Shown piece after piece: positions 39,377-52,855 of a stretch of 64,000 bases of DNA. The stretch covers positions 214,148,001-214,212,000 of the forward strand of contig OX597815.1 of assembly GCA_951406725.2 (NCBI GenBank). The letters are read 5' to 3'. The notes under the pieces are model-generated. The model was not told the origin of the DNA. It did no database searches and worked only from the letters and a program-made list of their open reading frames with translations. Origin of the DNA: Octopus vulgaris. Lineage: Eukaryota. Position 1 is the stretch's first letter; the number at the start of each line of letters is the position of its first letter. A program made the translations under genes and the position numbers.

Positions 39377-40629
39377 ATTTATAGCGATAATTATAAACGA
39401 TTATCATTTAAAATATCTCAACACACAAAACATTAAATGCATAAGTTTGATCTGCAGAAGGTTCAGAATACAACATTACACATAGTGCAATGTTGTGACA
39501 AAACTACGTTAAACTACGTTTCGAGTGAATATTTTTGAGCTTTACCGATCTATCCTTGTGGGTTAAAAAAAAAGCGGCTTTTATATGCATTTTGGCGAGT
39601 TTACACGGTGACCACTTGTAAGTTATGAAGTGGCAAGGTGGGGAGGCGTGTGATTATTCTGACTCATTTCTTACTGTATAACAACCTATTTTACGTTGCC
39701 CTCATACATAATCCTATTCCAGTGACATGTCTATAAACCCTTCTCCATCATTCCGCGCACACATATACACTTTCAGTACACACCTCCCGTGTAGCATTCG
39801 CTTCCCTTTTAATTAATCAAAACATCATGCGAGATGAGGACACAGTCACATTCAACATTACTAAAAGGAATACACAGCGGATTTCAAAGTAAAAAATGTA
39901 TCATACTTCCCCTATACTCTCAAAGGATACAACTCAAATCAGCGGGTCTTTAACACGTGGCCTAAACATCTTGATCAATTTGTCATGGAAACTACATATT
40001 CCATGTAGTCAACACTGTACTAAAATGACCGGGTTCGCTTGTTAATGGCCATTAATATTGTAGTCTTGAAGAGCAGCTACATACAACGACGTATAAAGTA
40101 CTTACTTCTCACACATATGGGAATTGTTTCTTCAATCAAAAACATTTATATACTAAGCCGTCTTCAGAAAGAAAGACTACTCTCCAAATTGTCCCTATAT
40201 AAAGATTTACTTTCTCTCAAGACAAAGATACCTCACTAGGTATCTATTTTCCTATTTTATTTTCTATTGATTACCACTGAGAACCACTTAATAAACTCAC
40301 ACTTTTACATCTCATAACTTTTTTTTCCAGGGACAAAGTGCAAAACACGACTAGATTCAATGCTCCAGGAATTCGCCCGACTAAAGACGATAAAGATATC
40401 TATCCAAATCCTCGAATAATTACATAATGACTTGTGATTAGCTTTGAATAGAGAATAAGCTTACCTTCGGTCAGTCAAATGCTAGTGACCTATCCTGTAG
40501 GAAAAGTATTTATGCTTGGCTGCTAGATGAAAAAAGGCGTGTTGAATCAAGAGTGTAGAAATAGTCATCTACTACAATGAGTTTTCCACTTCTAAAAATA
40601 GACACCTCTAAAGTAAAGTAAAAGAAGAT

Positions 40630-40964
40630 ATTGATTTCAAATTTTGGCACAAGGTATCGGTTTAAGTCGATTACATTGACTCCAATGTTCAACCGGTACT
40701 TTTTTTATCGACTCCGAAAGGGTGAAAGGAAAAGTCGATCCCGGCGAAATTTGAACCCAGAACGTGAAGACGAACGAAATGCCGCTAAACATTTTGTACA
40801 GCATGGTTATGATTCTGCCAGCTTACTTATTTCTTTGCTACTCACAAGGGACTAAACACAGAGAGGACAAACAAGGACAGACAAACGGATTAAGTCGATT
40901 ATATCGACCCCAATGCTAAGCATTTCGCCCGGTGTGCTAACGATTCTGCCAGCTTACCGCCTTC
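40630..40964 (-). mobile_element. SINE family A, rearranged dimer
   Basis: Head at 40964, linker at 40830-40900, full core at 40690-40770. Confidence 0.8.
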
Positions 40965-41739
40965 AAATAAAATTAAAATATTAAAGCTCATATCTAACAA
41001 AGCAATAATATTTTTTATTGAATAATGAATATCTTATGAGTTTTAATTATGATTTTTTCAAGAAAGACACCAGCAGCAACTATTCTTTGCTGTGTTCCTT
41101 TTCATAATAACAAATAGTTCCTTACTATTCATCCGTCCACCTCCATCTACCACAACCCGGTAGTTGAGTCCTCAGGCACCTTCGTCATAAGGTCCGCTCA
41201 GAAGCAACCGCCATTATACTTTCCTGCTGGATACCCAAGAGACCATGGATATTAACCAACTATCTCATTCTTATTCTAGCCCTCGGTCTTCTGCCGGTTG
41301 ATTCAGCTTGAGGAATCCATGTTATTCCTGAGATATTCTAATCTCATCCTCAGTGTCAGAGCTATGACTTCTCAATGTAATGAAGTACTGGATCTGAAAT
41401 ATTACTCTTAAGCTTATAGATAAAGGACGCATTATTATAAAACTTATAATGCATATTGTAAGGGGGACTATGCATCGCTAACATCATTGTACGTTATCAT
41501 GTATATGAGGTGAAACGATTTCAACTAAAGGTTACTTCTAGACAATTTATTTGGGTACTGAAAGCTTTTAACAACTGAAATTCTTTTCCAATGAATATTT
41601 TAAGAATCATAAGACAGGAAGTATAGAACCAATCAGTCATCTAAAGTGGTTTATTTCATGAGGAAAAATCTTTACGGAAATTGTTTACGTGGTTTATGTA
41701 GCTGAATTTCAAGTATTGTAATAATACTAGACATTTTTT

Positions 41740-41923
41740 CTACCTGCGTTTTTTTTCTTTTCATTTTCTCTCTGTTCATTTCGTTAATTTCCTCTTAATC
41801 CTTCTCTGGCGAAGAGTTTAGGCTCGAAACGCACAAGACTTTTCCATTCTTCCCGAGCGCTAAACTAATACACCTGCTGGTTCCTGCACTTGTCTTCGTC
41901 TTTTGTTTTCTGTAAATTTAAAC
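41740..41923 (+). mobile_element. Second copy of the 20030 repeat with a hammerhead-like motif, followed by (CTGT)n(ATGT)n
   Basis: CTGGCGAAGAGTTTAGGCTCGAAACG...TTCCCGAGCG...TGTCTTCGTCTTTTG. Confidence 0.55.
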
Positions 41924-41974
<51 letters not shown>

Positions 41975-42544
41975 ATGTATGTATGTATGTATGTATGTAT
42001 GTATGTGCAGATTTGTATGTATGTATGTATGTGCAGATTTGTATGTATGTATGTATAGCTACATATATATAGATACACACATACATATATATTAATGTAT
42101 TCTTCATTACGTATATATTAAAAAACTAAAGTTTCCTTCTTTTAAATGTAATTTAGAAATGAGAGCTTGGGATAAACCACATAATTTCTAAATATCTATT
42201 AGCTCCTATCCATTTTTATTCATCCTCAGGTAATCAGTATCTTTTTTAGATTAACAATCAGCAGGTATGTTGCGACCGTGAGCAAATCGTTTAATTTTTA
42301 TTTCGTAATAAGAAGATACTATATACAACTACTGTCCGCCGTTAGTGGTTGATCAACAATGAACAAATTGTGAACTGTTTTAGTAGCTAATTATGCCATA
42401 GGCTGAGGAAAGAATGCCGAATACGAAGTTGATTTGCTTCAGATACACAGCATAAAAAGAACCATTGTTGGGGCCTCAATCATCCAATTGGTCACTGGAA
42501 TCACTACACCATACACAAGTTAATACTCTGAAATAGTGTGTAAA

Positions 42545-42705
42545 GCACGGCGGACAAAATTCTTAGTGGCATTTAATCCGTCTTTACGTTTTGAATTCAA
42601 ATTCCGCCGAGGTCAACTTTACCTTTCGTCCTTTCAGGATCGATAAAATAGGTACCAGTTGAATTCCTCCGAAATTGCCAGCCATGTGCCAAAATTTGAA
42701 ACCAT
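42545..42705 (+). mobile_element. SINE family A, partial
   Basis: B box and core motif. Confidence 0.72.
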
Positions 42706-43547
42706 CATTATACACACTTCTATAGAATATGAAACAAAAATAATACTAAAAGGCTAATTAAAACTTTGTTTATACGAATCACTTATTCCAATTAGAAAAT
42801 ATTGGATAAATGGACTTTAACCTTACGGAAAATATTTTGCTTAATCTTAAATTATATTTTCATTTTTATTTTATTTTTATATCATACTGTTCACTAAAGA
42901 AGGTAGGCAGCGCCTATGACCCTTTACAGGGCTACCAAAAGTAGTGTGAGGGAAGGTAGCAGTTGTCTCTTAAAATGAAGAACTGTCCTGATTGCTTGCA
43001 ACTGTGTAGACTCTACTAAAGGCCGCTACCAACTGGGTAGTTGTGTTCAACGAGAGGGTGGATTCAGGTTAAGTTATAGAACATACGAGACTCAATTATT
43101 GAAATTGGAAAGACGTTTCTTTCTCACGTTTCAGGTTAAACCAACTCTATCTTGCTGGCGTTACTACTACACTTAACATTATTGAGAGCAACCACTACAA
43201 CACTAGGAATAAACGAAGATCAATATTTTCGAAATATACTTGGCAAGCTGGTCTTTTGTTTTTGCGTGAATATCTTCTTCTAACTGGTCATTAGCTTATG
43301 TTGTACACTCTCGAGATAAACGTTACCACAACAATTTATAGAAGGTAATTGAAACTAATCTTTCTATGATATAGGTTAAAGCTATTATTCGAAATCAGAT
43401 GTCAATCATATGTCACTAAGGGAACTAATCATAGGTCATAAGACACAATATAAAGTATTGATTTTGATGCAGATTCCATTTATTTTCTTTAAATTAGAGT
43501 ATGACCTGTCTGCGATTTGATATATCTCCTCTTTATCTCTCTTCCTA

Positions 43548-43664
<117 letters not shown>

Positions 43665-44860
43665 ATATCCTTATCTCACTCGTTCACACTCTACATATAT
43701 AATCACTTCAGTCATATAATCAAGTATGTGTGTGTGCATGAGTTATGTATATATATATATATACACACACGCACACATACATATATATGAATATATATTT
43801 ATACCTCCACAGAGTTATTCAAGCAAATACACGCAATGTATGAATAGACACACACACACATGAAAAGGGATGGGAAAGAAAAGTACATATTCAATTCAGA
43901 AATACAGCTGTATCCACCCACACCCACACCCACTCACACTTACAAAACAAAATAAGCACCTTTTTTTTTTATTGCATATAATGGACCAACCTACGAACAC
44001 CGAATTTTCACTTTTATTTCATTAAATACTCCATAAATATCACAATTTTCAAATTTTATTTGAATTTGGATATAAATAATTCCCTCTTAGATTTTTACTA
44101 ATAACAAACAAACCGGTGCCGCCACTCCTTCAACGGGCTGCAGTTTCAATATGTTTTCCTTTCTTTCCTTATGGAAATGTCAAACAACTCCTCTGAAACC
44201 ATACGATGTAGTTACAGTGCTTTGGTAAAATATAGTTCTGTGGAATGGCCTGCTATATAAATTACTACAACTGCTGGCTCCTTTGCTTTTATTTTTCTAT
44301 ATGTTATTTCTTTATTTTTTCAACACTTAGAATAACATATCAGTAACGAAATTATTGCTTTGAATTTGGAAATATCCACCAGAGATTTGGAATAACATAG
44401 AAAAATTTGAAATTTTGTAAAATATATTAAGAATGGCGAGTGGGGAGTAAAATAGCAAATAAGCAACAAGATCAATAAAAACAATCTTGAAAGAAGTTTT
44501 CCTTTTTTTTTCGTTCTTTTTCTTTTTTCTTTCCCCCCTTTTTTTATACTTTCATCTAAACAGTGTACAGATGAAATTGAAGGACTTTAATACAATTTTA
44601 GTAATTAGATTAGATGAATGGTGACCCGGAAATCATTGTAGGTCAGGAGAGTTGTTAGTTTAAGCTTCTCTCGCTCTCCGCCCTCCACTCTGTCTGTGAG
44701 TTTCTCTCATTCTCTTTCTTCCCCACCATCTCTCTCTCTTCCTCTCTCATAACAAACCGACTCACACACACACACATATATATGTGTGTGTGCATGCAAA
44801 CGTATATTCATTCAAGAATATATTTTCTTCATTTCACACAATTATTATTCACTATTTGCG

Positions 44861-45062
44861 AGGCGGCGAGAGCTAGCAGAATCGTTAGCAACCAAGTAGT
44901 CTTTACGTTCTGAGTTCAAATTCCACCTGAGCCGACTTTGTCTTCTATCCTTTCCGTATCCGTAAAATAAGTACCAGTTGAACACTGATGTTGATGTAAT
45001 CTCTGCTCACCCCGCCCCCACCCCGCCAAACTGCTGGCCTTGTGCCAACATTTGAAATCATT
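44861..45062 (+). mobile_element. SINE family A monomer, decayed
   Basis: AGGCGGCGAG...AGAATCGTTAGC head; tail GCTGGCCTTGTGCCAACATTTGAAA. Confidence 0.75.
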
Positions 45063-45134
45063 ATTCAATATGTGTATGTGATGTACAAACGTACACACAT
45101 TCAACAATTTGTATTATATCCATTTCACAAAAGT

Positions 45135-45429
45135 TATTTGTTTGTTCCTTCTCGAGTCATACCTGGCTCACAGGGCCGGTTTCCCGGTTTCCTTGGCGTA
45201 TAGGTTCCCCACCTGGACGCAGGTCCGACACAGGTGAGCTGCAAGATGAAAGAGTGAGAGAAAGTTGTGGCGAAAGAGTCAGCAGAAGTTCGCCATTACC
45301 TTCTGCCAGAGCCGCGTGGAGCTTAGGTGTTTCGCTCATAAACACACACATCGCCCGGTCTGAGATTCGAATCCGCGATCCCTCGACCGCGAGTCCGCTC
45401 CTCTAACTACTAGGCCATGTGCCTCCAGT
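45135..45429 (-). mobile_element. SINE head B variant with T2-like tail and 13-bp TSD
   Basis: TSD ATTTCACAAAAGT at 45122-45134 and 45430-45442; tail has GGAAACCGGGAAACCGG. Confidence 0.85.
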
Positions 45430-46184
45430 ATTTCACAAAAGTAATATTCACCTTTTCTTTTTTACTATTAATAATTTATAAATATCCTCATATTGTCTAA
45501 ATTTATATGTAAGAAGCATAAATTTCTTAGTAACTTCCATAGTATTACTTGTACACGTTATATTGACCACGAATGAATGGTCGTCAACCTGTGTGGAATT
45601 TGAACACGAAACTAAAAAAAAAACTGTATTCTATGTTGATTTATAAGATTTGGCACAGTATCAGGAGTTTAAGGAAAGCGGGGCACAATTAATGAAATCG
45701 ATCATAGTACTTGATTAGAAATAATTTCATTGCCGCCTACCCTAACCACCAGCAGAAAGATAAAAGGAACAGCTTATATTGAAGATTGTGAGGAGACTTA
45801 AATAAATACTACAAACAGCTTAAACGATTCTCTACTTGTTCTCCTATCCAACGCTTTCAATAAATTATAATCATAAAGCCACGAATGTGTAGCGGAAACT
45901 TAAACCCATTTTAATTGCCCCTCGTTCTTATGGCTACTTAATTTTATCGACCATGAAATTGGAAAAGACACCATTACTGTGTTCTTTTTAATTTTCAGAC
46001 GTCAACACGCGCAAAAGATTTGTTATGCAATTTTATTTTGTTATGTGACAACAGCTTCCGTGTATTGGTTGTATTTTAAGTTTAATTATTAATTACTATT
46101 TTATTTTATAAATCTAACCTTTTATACACAAATTAATTCATTGCCTGAACATTCGTACTTTGTGTGTGTTGCGTGCGCATGCGC

Positions 46185-46480
46185 GGCTGAGCGATTACGG
46201 TATTCGACTTACGATCATAAGTCATGAGTTCGCTTTCCGGCGGTGCGTTGTGTCCTTGAGTAAGACACGTTTTTTTCACGTTGCTCCAGTCCACTCGGCC
46301 GGCAAACATGAGTAGTACCAGTAATTCGAAGGACCAGCCTTGTCACATTATGTGTCGCGCTGTATCTCACTGTGAACTACATTAAAGGTATGCGTATCTA
46401 TGAAGTGCTCAGCTACGTGCAGGCTTTTCCGCTGATTGAATCAACTGGAATACTCGTCGTCGTAACCGACGAAATGCCAG
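46185..46480 (+). mobile_element. SINE head C with tail T1, decayed
   Basis: GCGTTGTGTCCTTGAGTAAGACAC...TTGCTCCAGTCCACTC; ends CGTCGTAACCGACGAAATGCCA. Confidence 0.75.
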
Positions 46481-46674
46481 CTGTGTGTGTGTGTGCGCGC
46501 TTGTTTTGAAAGGTTTGTGCGTTGTCAGAGTCAGAGGACTCTACCGCAGGATTTGAACTAAGAATTTAACGACTTAAGTAGAGACTAGGAAGTTCCTAGC
46601 CTTCGCTTCAGTGTTTATGTCATATACTGGACTTCAATAATTGATACTTGGCACAAACAATTAACATGAATATT

Positions 46675-47499
46675 GGTTTCAAATTTAGGCACTAGGCCAG
46701 CAATTTCGGGGGAGGGAGTGTATGTCGATTATTTCAACCCCAGTGTTCAACTGGTACTTATTTTATTAACCCTGAAAAGATGAAAGGCAAAGTCGACCTC
46801 AACGGAATTTGAACTCAGAACATAAAGACGGACGAAATGCTGCTAAGCGTTTTGTCCGGCGTGCTAATGATTCTGCCAGCTCGCTGCCCTAATAACTTTA
46901 ATATGGGTTTTAAATTTTGGCATTAAGCCAGTAATTTTCGTGGAACGGGGTTAGTCGTTTACATCGAACCCAGTATACAACTATTATTTATTCTATCGAC
47001 TCCAAAAGGATGAATGTCAAAGCCTACCTTGGCAGAATTTAAACTCAGAACGGGAAGAGAGACAAAATGCTGCTTAGTATTTTGTTCCGGCGGGCTAACG
47101 ATTCTGCCAGTTTGCCGCCTTAATAACTTTAATCACCGAGATCACCGTGACCACCGTGACTGACCAGGTTATCAGATGTTGTTACACATCGCTGGTCACA
47201 CTGCAATTCGCATTGTTTTAGCCTTCAAATGATGCCACTCCGCTGGCTAAGAGAGCAGGCCAACAGAAGAAAGAGTGAGTGAAAGTTGTGGCGAAAAAGT
47301 ACAGCAGGGATTGCCACCACTCCCTGCCGGAGCTTCGTGGAGCTTTAGTTGTTTTCGCTCAATAAACACTCACAACGCCCGGTCAGAGAATCGAAACCGC
47401 GATCCTACGACCGCCAGTCCACTGCCCTAACCACTGGGCCATTGCGCCTCCACAATAACTTTAATATTAGTTTCAAATTTTCTGCTAGCTCATCGCCTG
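46675..47499 (-). mobile_element. Stack of SINEs: A (46675-46889), A (46905-47120), head B with tail T4 (47134-47452), collapsed A remnant (47469-47499)
   Basis: AATAACTTTAAT at 46891-46902, 47122-47133 and 47454-47465; outer repeat ATTAACATGAATATT at 46660-46674 and 47500-47514. Confidence 0.85.
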
Positions 47500-47782
47500 A
47501 TTAACATGAATATTAACATTCTCAATAGTTAAGACGATAGGTGACGACAGAACTGGTAGTGCTCCAAAAGAAATGTATTGTAGTTCACAAATGTTCCTCT
47601 TCACTTTATAAGTTCAAATCACACCATGCCTACGCTTGCCTTTCATTCTTCTCAATAAAACAATAACCAGTCATGTACCGGTAGCGGTTGGAATGGACTT
47701 TATCCTGCTTCACTATACGTGTCAATGTTAGAAATTATGTTTTATTGACGCAGTTCTTACATTGCTAATATTTTACAAACCT

Positions 47783-48565
47783 AAGACGATGAGGTGACAG
47801 ACTCGTTAGAACGCCGTACAAAATGCTTAGCGGCTTTTAGTCCGTCTTTACGTTCTGAGTTCAAAGGTCGACATTACCTTTCATTTTTTCGGAGTCGCTA
47901 AAATAAGTACCGGTTGAGTACAAGGGTCAATGTAATCGACTTATATCCTTCCTTCCCTAAAATTGCTGGCCTTGCGCCAAATTTGAAACTAACATTTTAC
48001 AAATCTAAGGCGGTGAGCTGGCAGAATCGTTAGCGCACTGGATGAAATGCTTAGCGGTATTTCGTCTGTTGGTACGTTCTGAGTTCATATTCCGCCGAGA
48101 TCGACTTTGCCTTTCATCCTTTCGGGGTCTTTTAAATAAGTACCAGTTACGAACTGGGGTCGATGTAATCGACTTAACGCGTTTGTCTGTCCTTGTTTGT
48201 CTCCTCTATGTTTAGCCCCTTGTGGGCAATAAAAAAATAAGGACCGTTGTTAGCACGCCTGGCAAAATGCTTTGTCTCTTATCCGTCCGGGGGCCACTAA
48301 AATAAAGTACCTGTCAAATGTCCTATATAAATCATATAACTGATTGTAGCTTCCCAATATGTGTGGCCATGACCTATGTTTGAAATCAATAATTCCTGTC
48401 GTAGCTGGTTGTTTAGCACGCCGGGCAAAATGCTTAGCGTTATTTCGTCCGTCTTTGTGTTCTGAGATCAATTTCGCCGAAGTCGACTTTGCTTTTCATC
48501 CTTTCAGGGTCGATAAAATAAGTACCAGTTGAGCAGTGAGGTTTATGCCAAAATTTGAAATCAAT
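47783..48565 (+). mobile_element. SINE family A cluster (about four units)
   Basis: Heads near 47783 and 48007, partial units near 48250 and 48410; CTAAYATTTTACAAAYCTAAG precedes the first two. Confidence 0.82.
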
Positions 48566-51149
48566 AATTTATTCTTATAGTTCTTGTATTGCTATTATTC
48601 ATTAGAGTTCATTTAGAGAATACTTCCCTACTTCATACATCACATTAAACAATAACCAGAATTATCTGTCTCAGAGCAGAGTGAAGGTCGTAGTTTATGT
48701 TAAAGGCCAACGTATTAAACAAGCAAAATATTTCTTTCCCATTTCATAGTACTCTCTCTCTCTCTCTCTCTCTCTTTTTCTTTCTCTTTCCATCTCTTTT
48801 ACTCTCACCGCCTCCTTCTTTGAGCGCATTTCAATTTTACCACCTGAAACAAATATAGATAGGTTAATAGAGTGAACACCTACCCCACACAAAAGTAAAT
48901 AAATTACAAACCTCAACTAAAACTATTTAAATGAGGCATGCTTCTTTATATAAATATATATACTCTTAAATTCATTTCTGTCGAAGGAACAAGCTCTAAA
49001 GGAAAAAAATCTGCCACAATACGGTGGCATTTATCGTGAAGTTCTTAAATGAATCCCAGCTGTGAAGAAGACTGAACAAAAATCTAGATATTCTTGAAAA
49101 GTTTTCCCTTTGGTTTGGCAATTCAAATTTAAGAAAATTTAGAGGGGGAGCGAAGGACAATATTGATATTAATTTTAACGAAAACATGGCGGCAGACTCA
49201 GTGAAAAGGTTTGTTGAAGATAAATACCGACTGTTTTGAAAGGCAACTCAACTTATTTTCTTATCTCATCTTTATTTTGACGATAAACTGACTTTAAGCA
49301 AAAAACCATTTTGCTAGAAAATGTGGAAGAATACTTACGAGTTGATCTCGTTTGTCGTTGTTGTGGCTGTGTACGGTTGTTGTGATAGCTGTTGTTGTTG
49401 TTACTTTTAGTGTTGTTGTTTTGTTTTTGCTATTGTTTTATTTACTTATATCTTTTATTTTCATAAACATGAAAGATAAAGAATTTGGACTGTATCTGGA
49501 ACTTTTTTATTTGGTAATTTATATCTAAGCCATTTCTACTGCATGTTCGACATATCTCTCTTCCTTTCTCTTTTGCTATTACATTATCTGTATCTTCCCT
49601 TTAGATTTCATTGTTTTCTATAATTCTTTTTCTCCTTTCTTTTGGAATCTATTTTTATGCTCGTTTAGAACATTTAGTCACATTTTTCACCTTTATTCAC
49701 AATCCACCAAATCCCCTACTAGTCCATATATTTCCCTTTATCTTTTAATACCATTTCCTTCTCACCTAAAATATGACATCGTACAGTATATAGAAAAGAG
49801 AAGGAGTATGTGCACTGTGTTCATGAATCTTGCAGACCTCATCAGTTTTAGCGAAGCAGATGTAGTTGACTCTGAGTTTCAGAAGAGATAGATCGATATT
49901 TGGAAGAAACACGTGAGTAAGAGAAACGGGCTTCAGAAAGTTGCAGTTGTGGAGATGACCAGATATTTTAATGAATATAATAAAAAGAATTAAAAGATTA
50001 TAAAAAAAGATTGTGCAATGAATGGATTTGGGCGATTTTGTAGACGTTCTACTCGTTTAGAGGAGATGCACTGTTATGGGACCGACAAAGGAGATAAATG
50101 TAAGGGAGTAGACTAGTGGTTACCCTGGGCTAATGTTGGATGGATTTCAATTACATATAAACAAATGAGTTTATAAGGTTTCTATTTAGGCACTAGTTTA
50201 ATATGGATTCGTTTGGTGAAATATCTAAAACATTATGCAACGTGTCACGACGGGTACGCGGGTGTTACAATTTAAGCAACCTTAACTACAGAATGATATC
50301 CGAGTCATAATAAGCATTAAAAGTACTGGATATATTTCCTGTATGCCAATTTGGACACGGACAAACTGCATTAGACCAGTCAGAACGCATAAAGTGATCC
50401 GGCAGATCCTACATTTGCCGTCTGACTGAGTTTTGTCAATCTTTGTCTTTTATCAGATTTGTTTTAAAAGTTTGCTTTTTGAGCGGTTATAATTAGCGTT
50501 TCAGTTTCTCTCGTTTCAAGTTTCCGTCAATATTTTTACTATTATCGCCGCTATACAAAGTGTCTATGAAAGGTTTAATGACTTTGGATGTTTGACAAGT
50601 CAAAGTAAATGAAAATCTATGTCTCCCCTTGGTTTATTTACAAACAGGACATTTTGAACGCGTTTGGGTAAATCTCATACTGAAATAACAAACAAGATTA
50701 ATCTTTAGTCATGGTGTTTTCTCGTTGGGGTTTTTACTTTTTGTTTCTTTATTTGTTTTAAACATAACTTATACTGTAATGACAAGGTCCGCCTACACCG
50801 TAAAGAAAAGAATGTTCATATTCACACTCAAACACGCGCATGCATTCTCCTGGACACACAAAGAGAAGAAAAGTACTATAAACAAAAGCAAAACCAGTAG
50901 ATTTTAAATCGACGAACGAATCAAGATAATAACTTTTCTTTTAAATATATTTTAACCGAAAATAGTAACATCTTAAACTATATGGCTAACAATAACAACA
51001 ACAACACTTTTCTTGCGAGAAAAGTTAGATGGAGGCCTCGGATATGGGGAAAATATGGGAAAAAAGAGCAATTTGGAAACACTAAGTCATTGAAAATTCA
51101 CCTGTTTGCTCTAACAATGTAACTAAACAGTCAGCAAACGCATTAAAAA

Positions 51150-52100
51150 GGCAAGTGAGGCTTTCAGTTGCTCCGAAAACACGAACCGGAGATGACCTTG
51201 TTCGGAATATGGGAGAATTCCCTCCCCCTTGAGTGTAGTTGGGCCTATAAGACCATCTGTATGGCTTCGGGACTGGAAATACAGTGCCAAAAAGGCAAAG
51301 TCATTGTGGAGTTCTTGAATCACAGGTCTTTCTATACATTTATGTCTCAGAGTCAGAGGATTACAAGTGCGACTGTCAGGAGCACCAAGCTACTGAAGAC
51401 ATCCCGTGTAAACCAGGCTGCTGTGATTCTAACTCAGTACATCAACCAGCAATGCTATAAGAACAACGTAGAGAGGATTAAAACCAACTTCAAACCATCC
51501 AGAAGTAGCTGATATTTTAAGGGTAACTTTTTGTCCCCAGTACATTTTAGCCGAACTCTGACCCCACTAACACATTTTTATGAATGAATACCCCTATAGT
51601 TATAAACGGTGTGAAAGAATTATGAAACATCTCCTTTATGTAGATGGCTTAGAGACATTTACAGAGGACAATAATCGGCCGGTGAATCTGTATAAGTTGC
51701 TCCTGAAAATGGGTATGAGAGTGCAAAAATGTGTCAAAGTTATTATAAGAAGAGATAAATTAACTAAAATTGGGAATAATATTCATTAGATTCAGATATT
51801 TAAATCAGCTAATCAGAACCGAGTGACCTATGCAAATGCTTAGGAGCGGATAAAACAGATGATACAACAAGCAGGAATGGAGAAGGAAATAAGAAAAGAG
51901 TATTATAGGGCCAGGCTTATATCAAAATCTGAACAAGATGCAAGAATTAATAGGTATAAATGCATTACATATGACAGTTATATACAGTTACAAATTGAAA
52001 GAACTGGGGCAGGAAAGTTAGAAAACTACTAACAGTATTAGAAAACTACTATCTTCTTATTGATATAGCTAGAGTATACCTATTCTACACTTTGAAATGT
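51150..52100 (+). mobile_element. Heavily decayed Dong/R4-clade LINE reverse transcriptase remnant
   Basis: LTPLTHF.NEYPYSYK...KHLLYVDGL (51628-51651) matches HLLYMDDL; decayed IFQGD.LSP-like stretch at 51511-51548; later CVKVIIRR and KEYYR...SKSE. Confidence 0.7.
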
Positions 52101-52855
52101 TGCAGATTCAAATAAATAAAGAAAGAAGTATTGCATGGTAGAACAGTGCAGAAAAATACTTAGAAGACGTGAAGTGAACTGAATAGTGAAATAAAGAAAC
52201 ATTAAATGAAAAGTATATATAACAATAAATCACGAACTAGAATGTGCTACACGTAGCCCATTTAGTCGGGCTGGGCTCTAGGCTGTGGACTAACCCTCTC
52301 ATAATTTCGGGCCTTATACCGACGTTAGAAACTTTTACTATTATTTATCAGGTTTGCCTTTTCTCTTTACCTTTTTTCCTTTCTTATTGATCAGATATTT
52401 TCATTTGTTTGTTTTCCTTTCATCTTAAAATATTTGCCTATTTCTCATTTTATCTGCTTCCATTTCTATTTAGATTTTCTCTTCAATTTCTCCTTTTTCT
52501 TATTTTTTACAGTTTCTTTCCTTTCATGTTTTCAATTAACTTTGGGAATTTTCTCATGTTTTTTTAAAATTTTCTTTTATCTTATTTCCTTTTGCAGGTT
52601 TCCTCTTTTCATTCCTTTCCCTCCGATATTACTCCGCTTACATTTTTGTTAATACTTTTCTCTTTTAGAAGTTCGAGGATTGAGGAGAATTGTTAGAGCC
52701 GTAGGCGAAATACCTGTTGGTATTTAGAAGTCATTTGTTTTTCATCTAAGTTGAAATTCTATCTACATCAGTTTTAAGTATTATCTGTCCCAGAATCGAT
52801 AAACATAAATACCAATGAAATACTGCAGTCGATTTAATCATCTTTATTTCTCACC

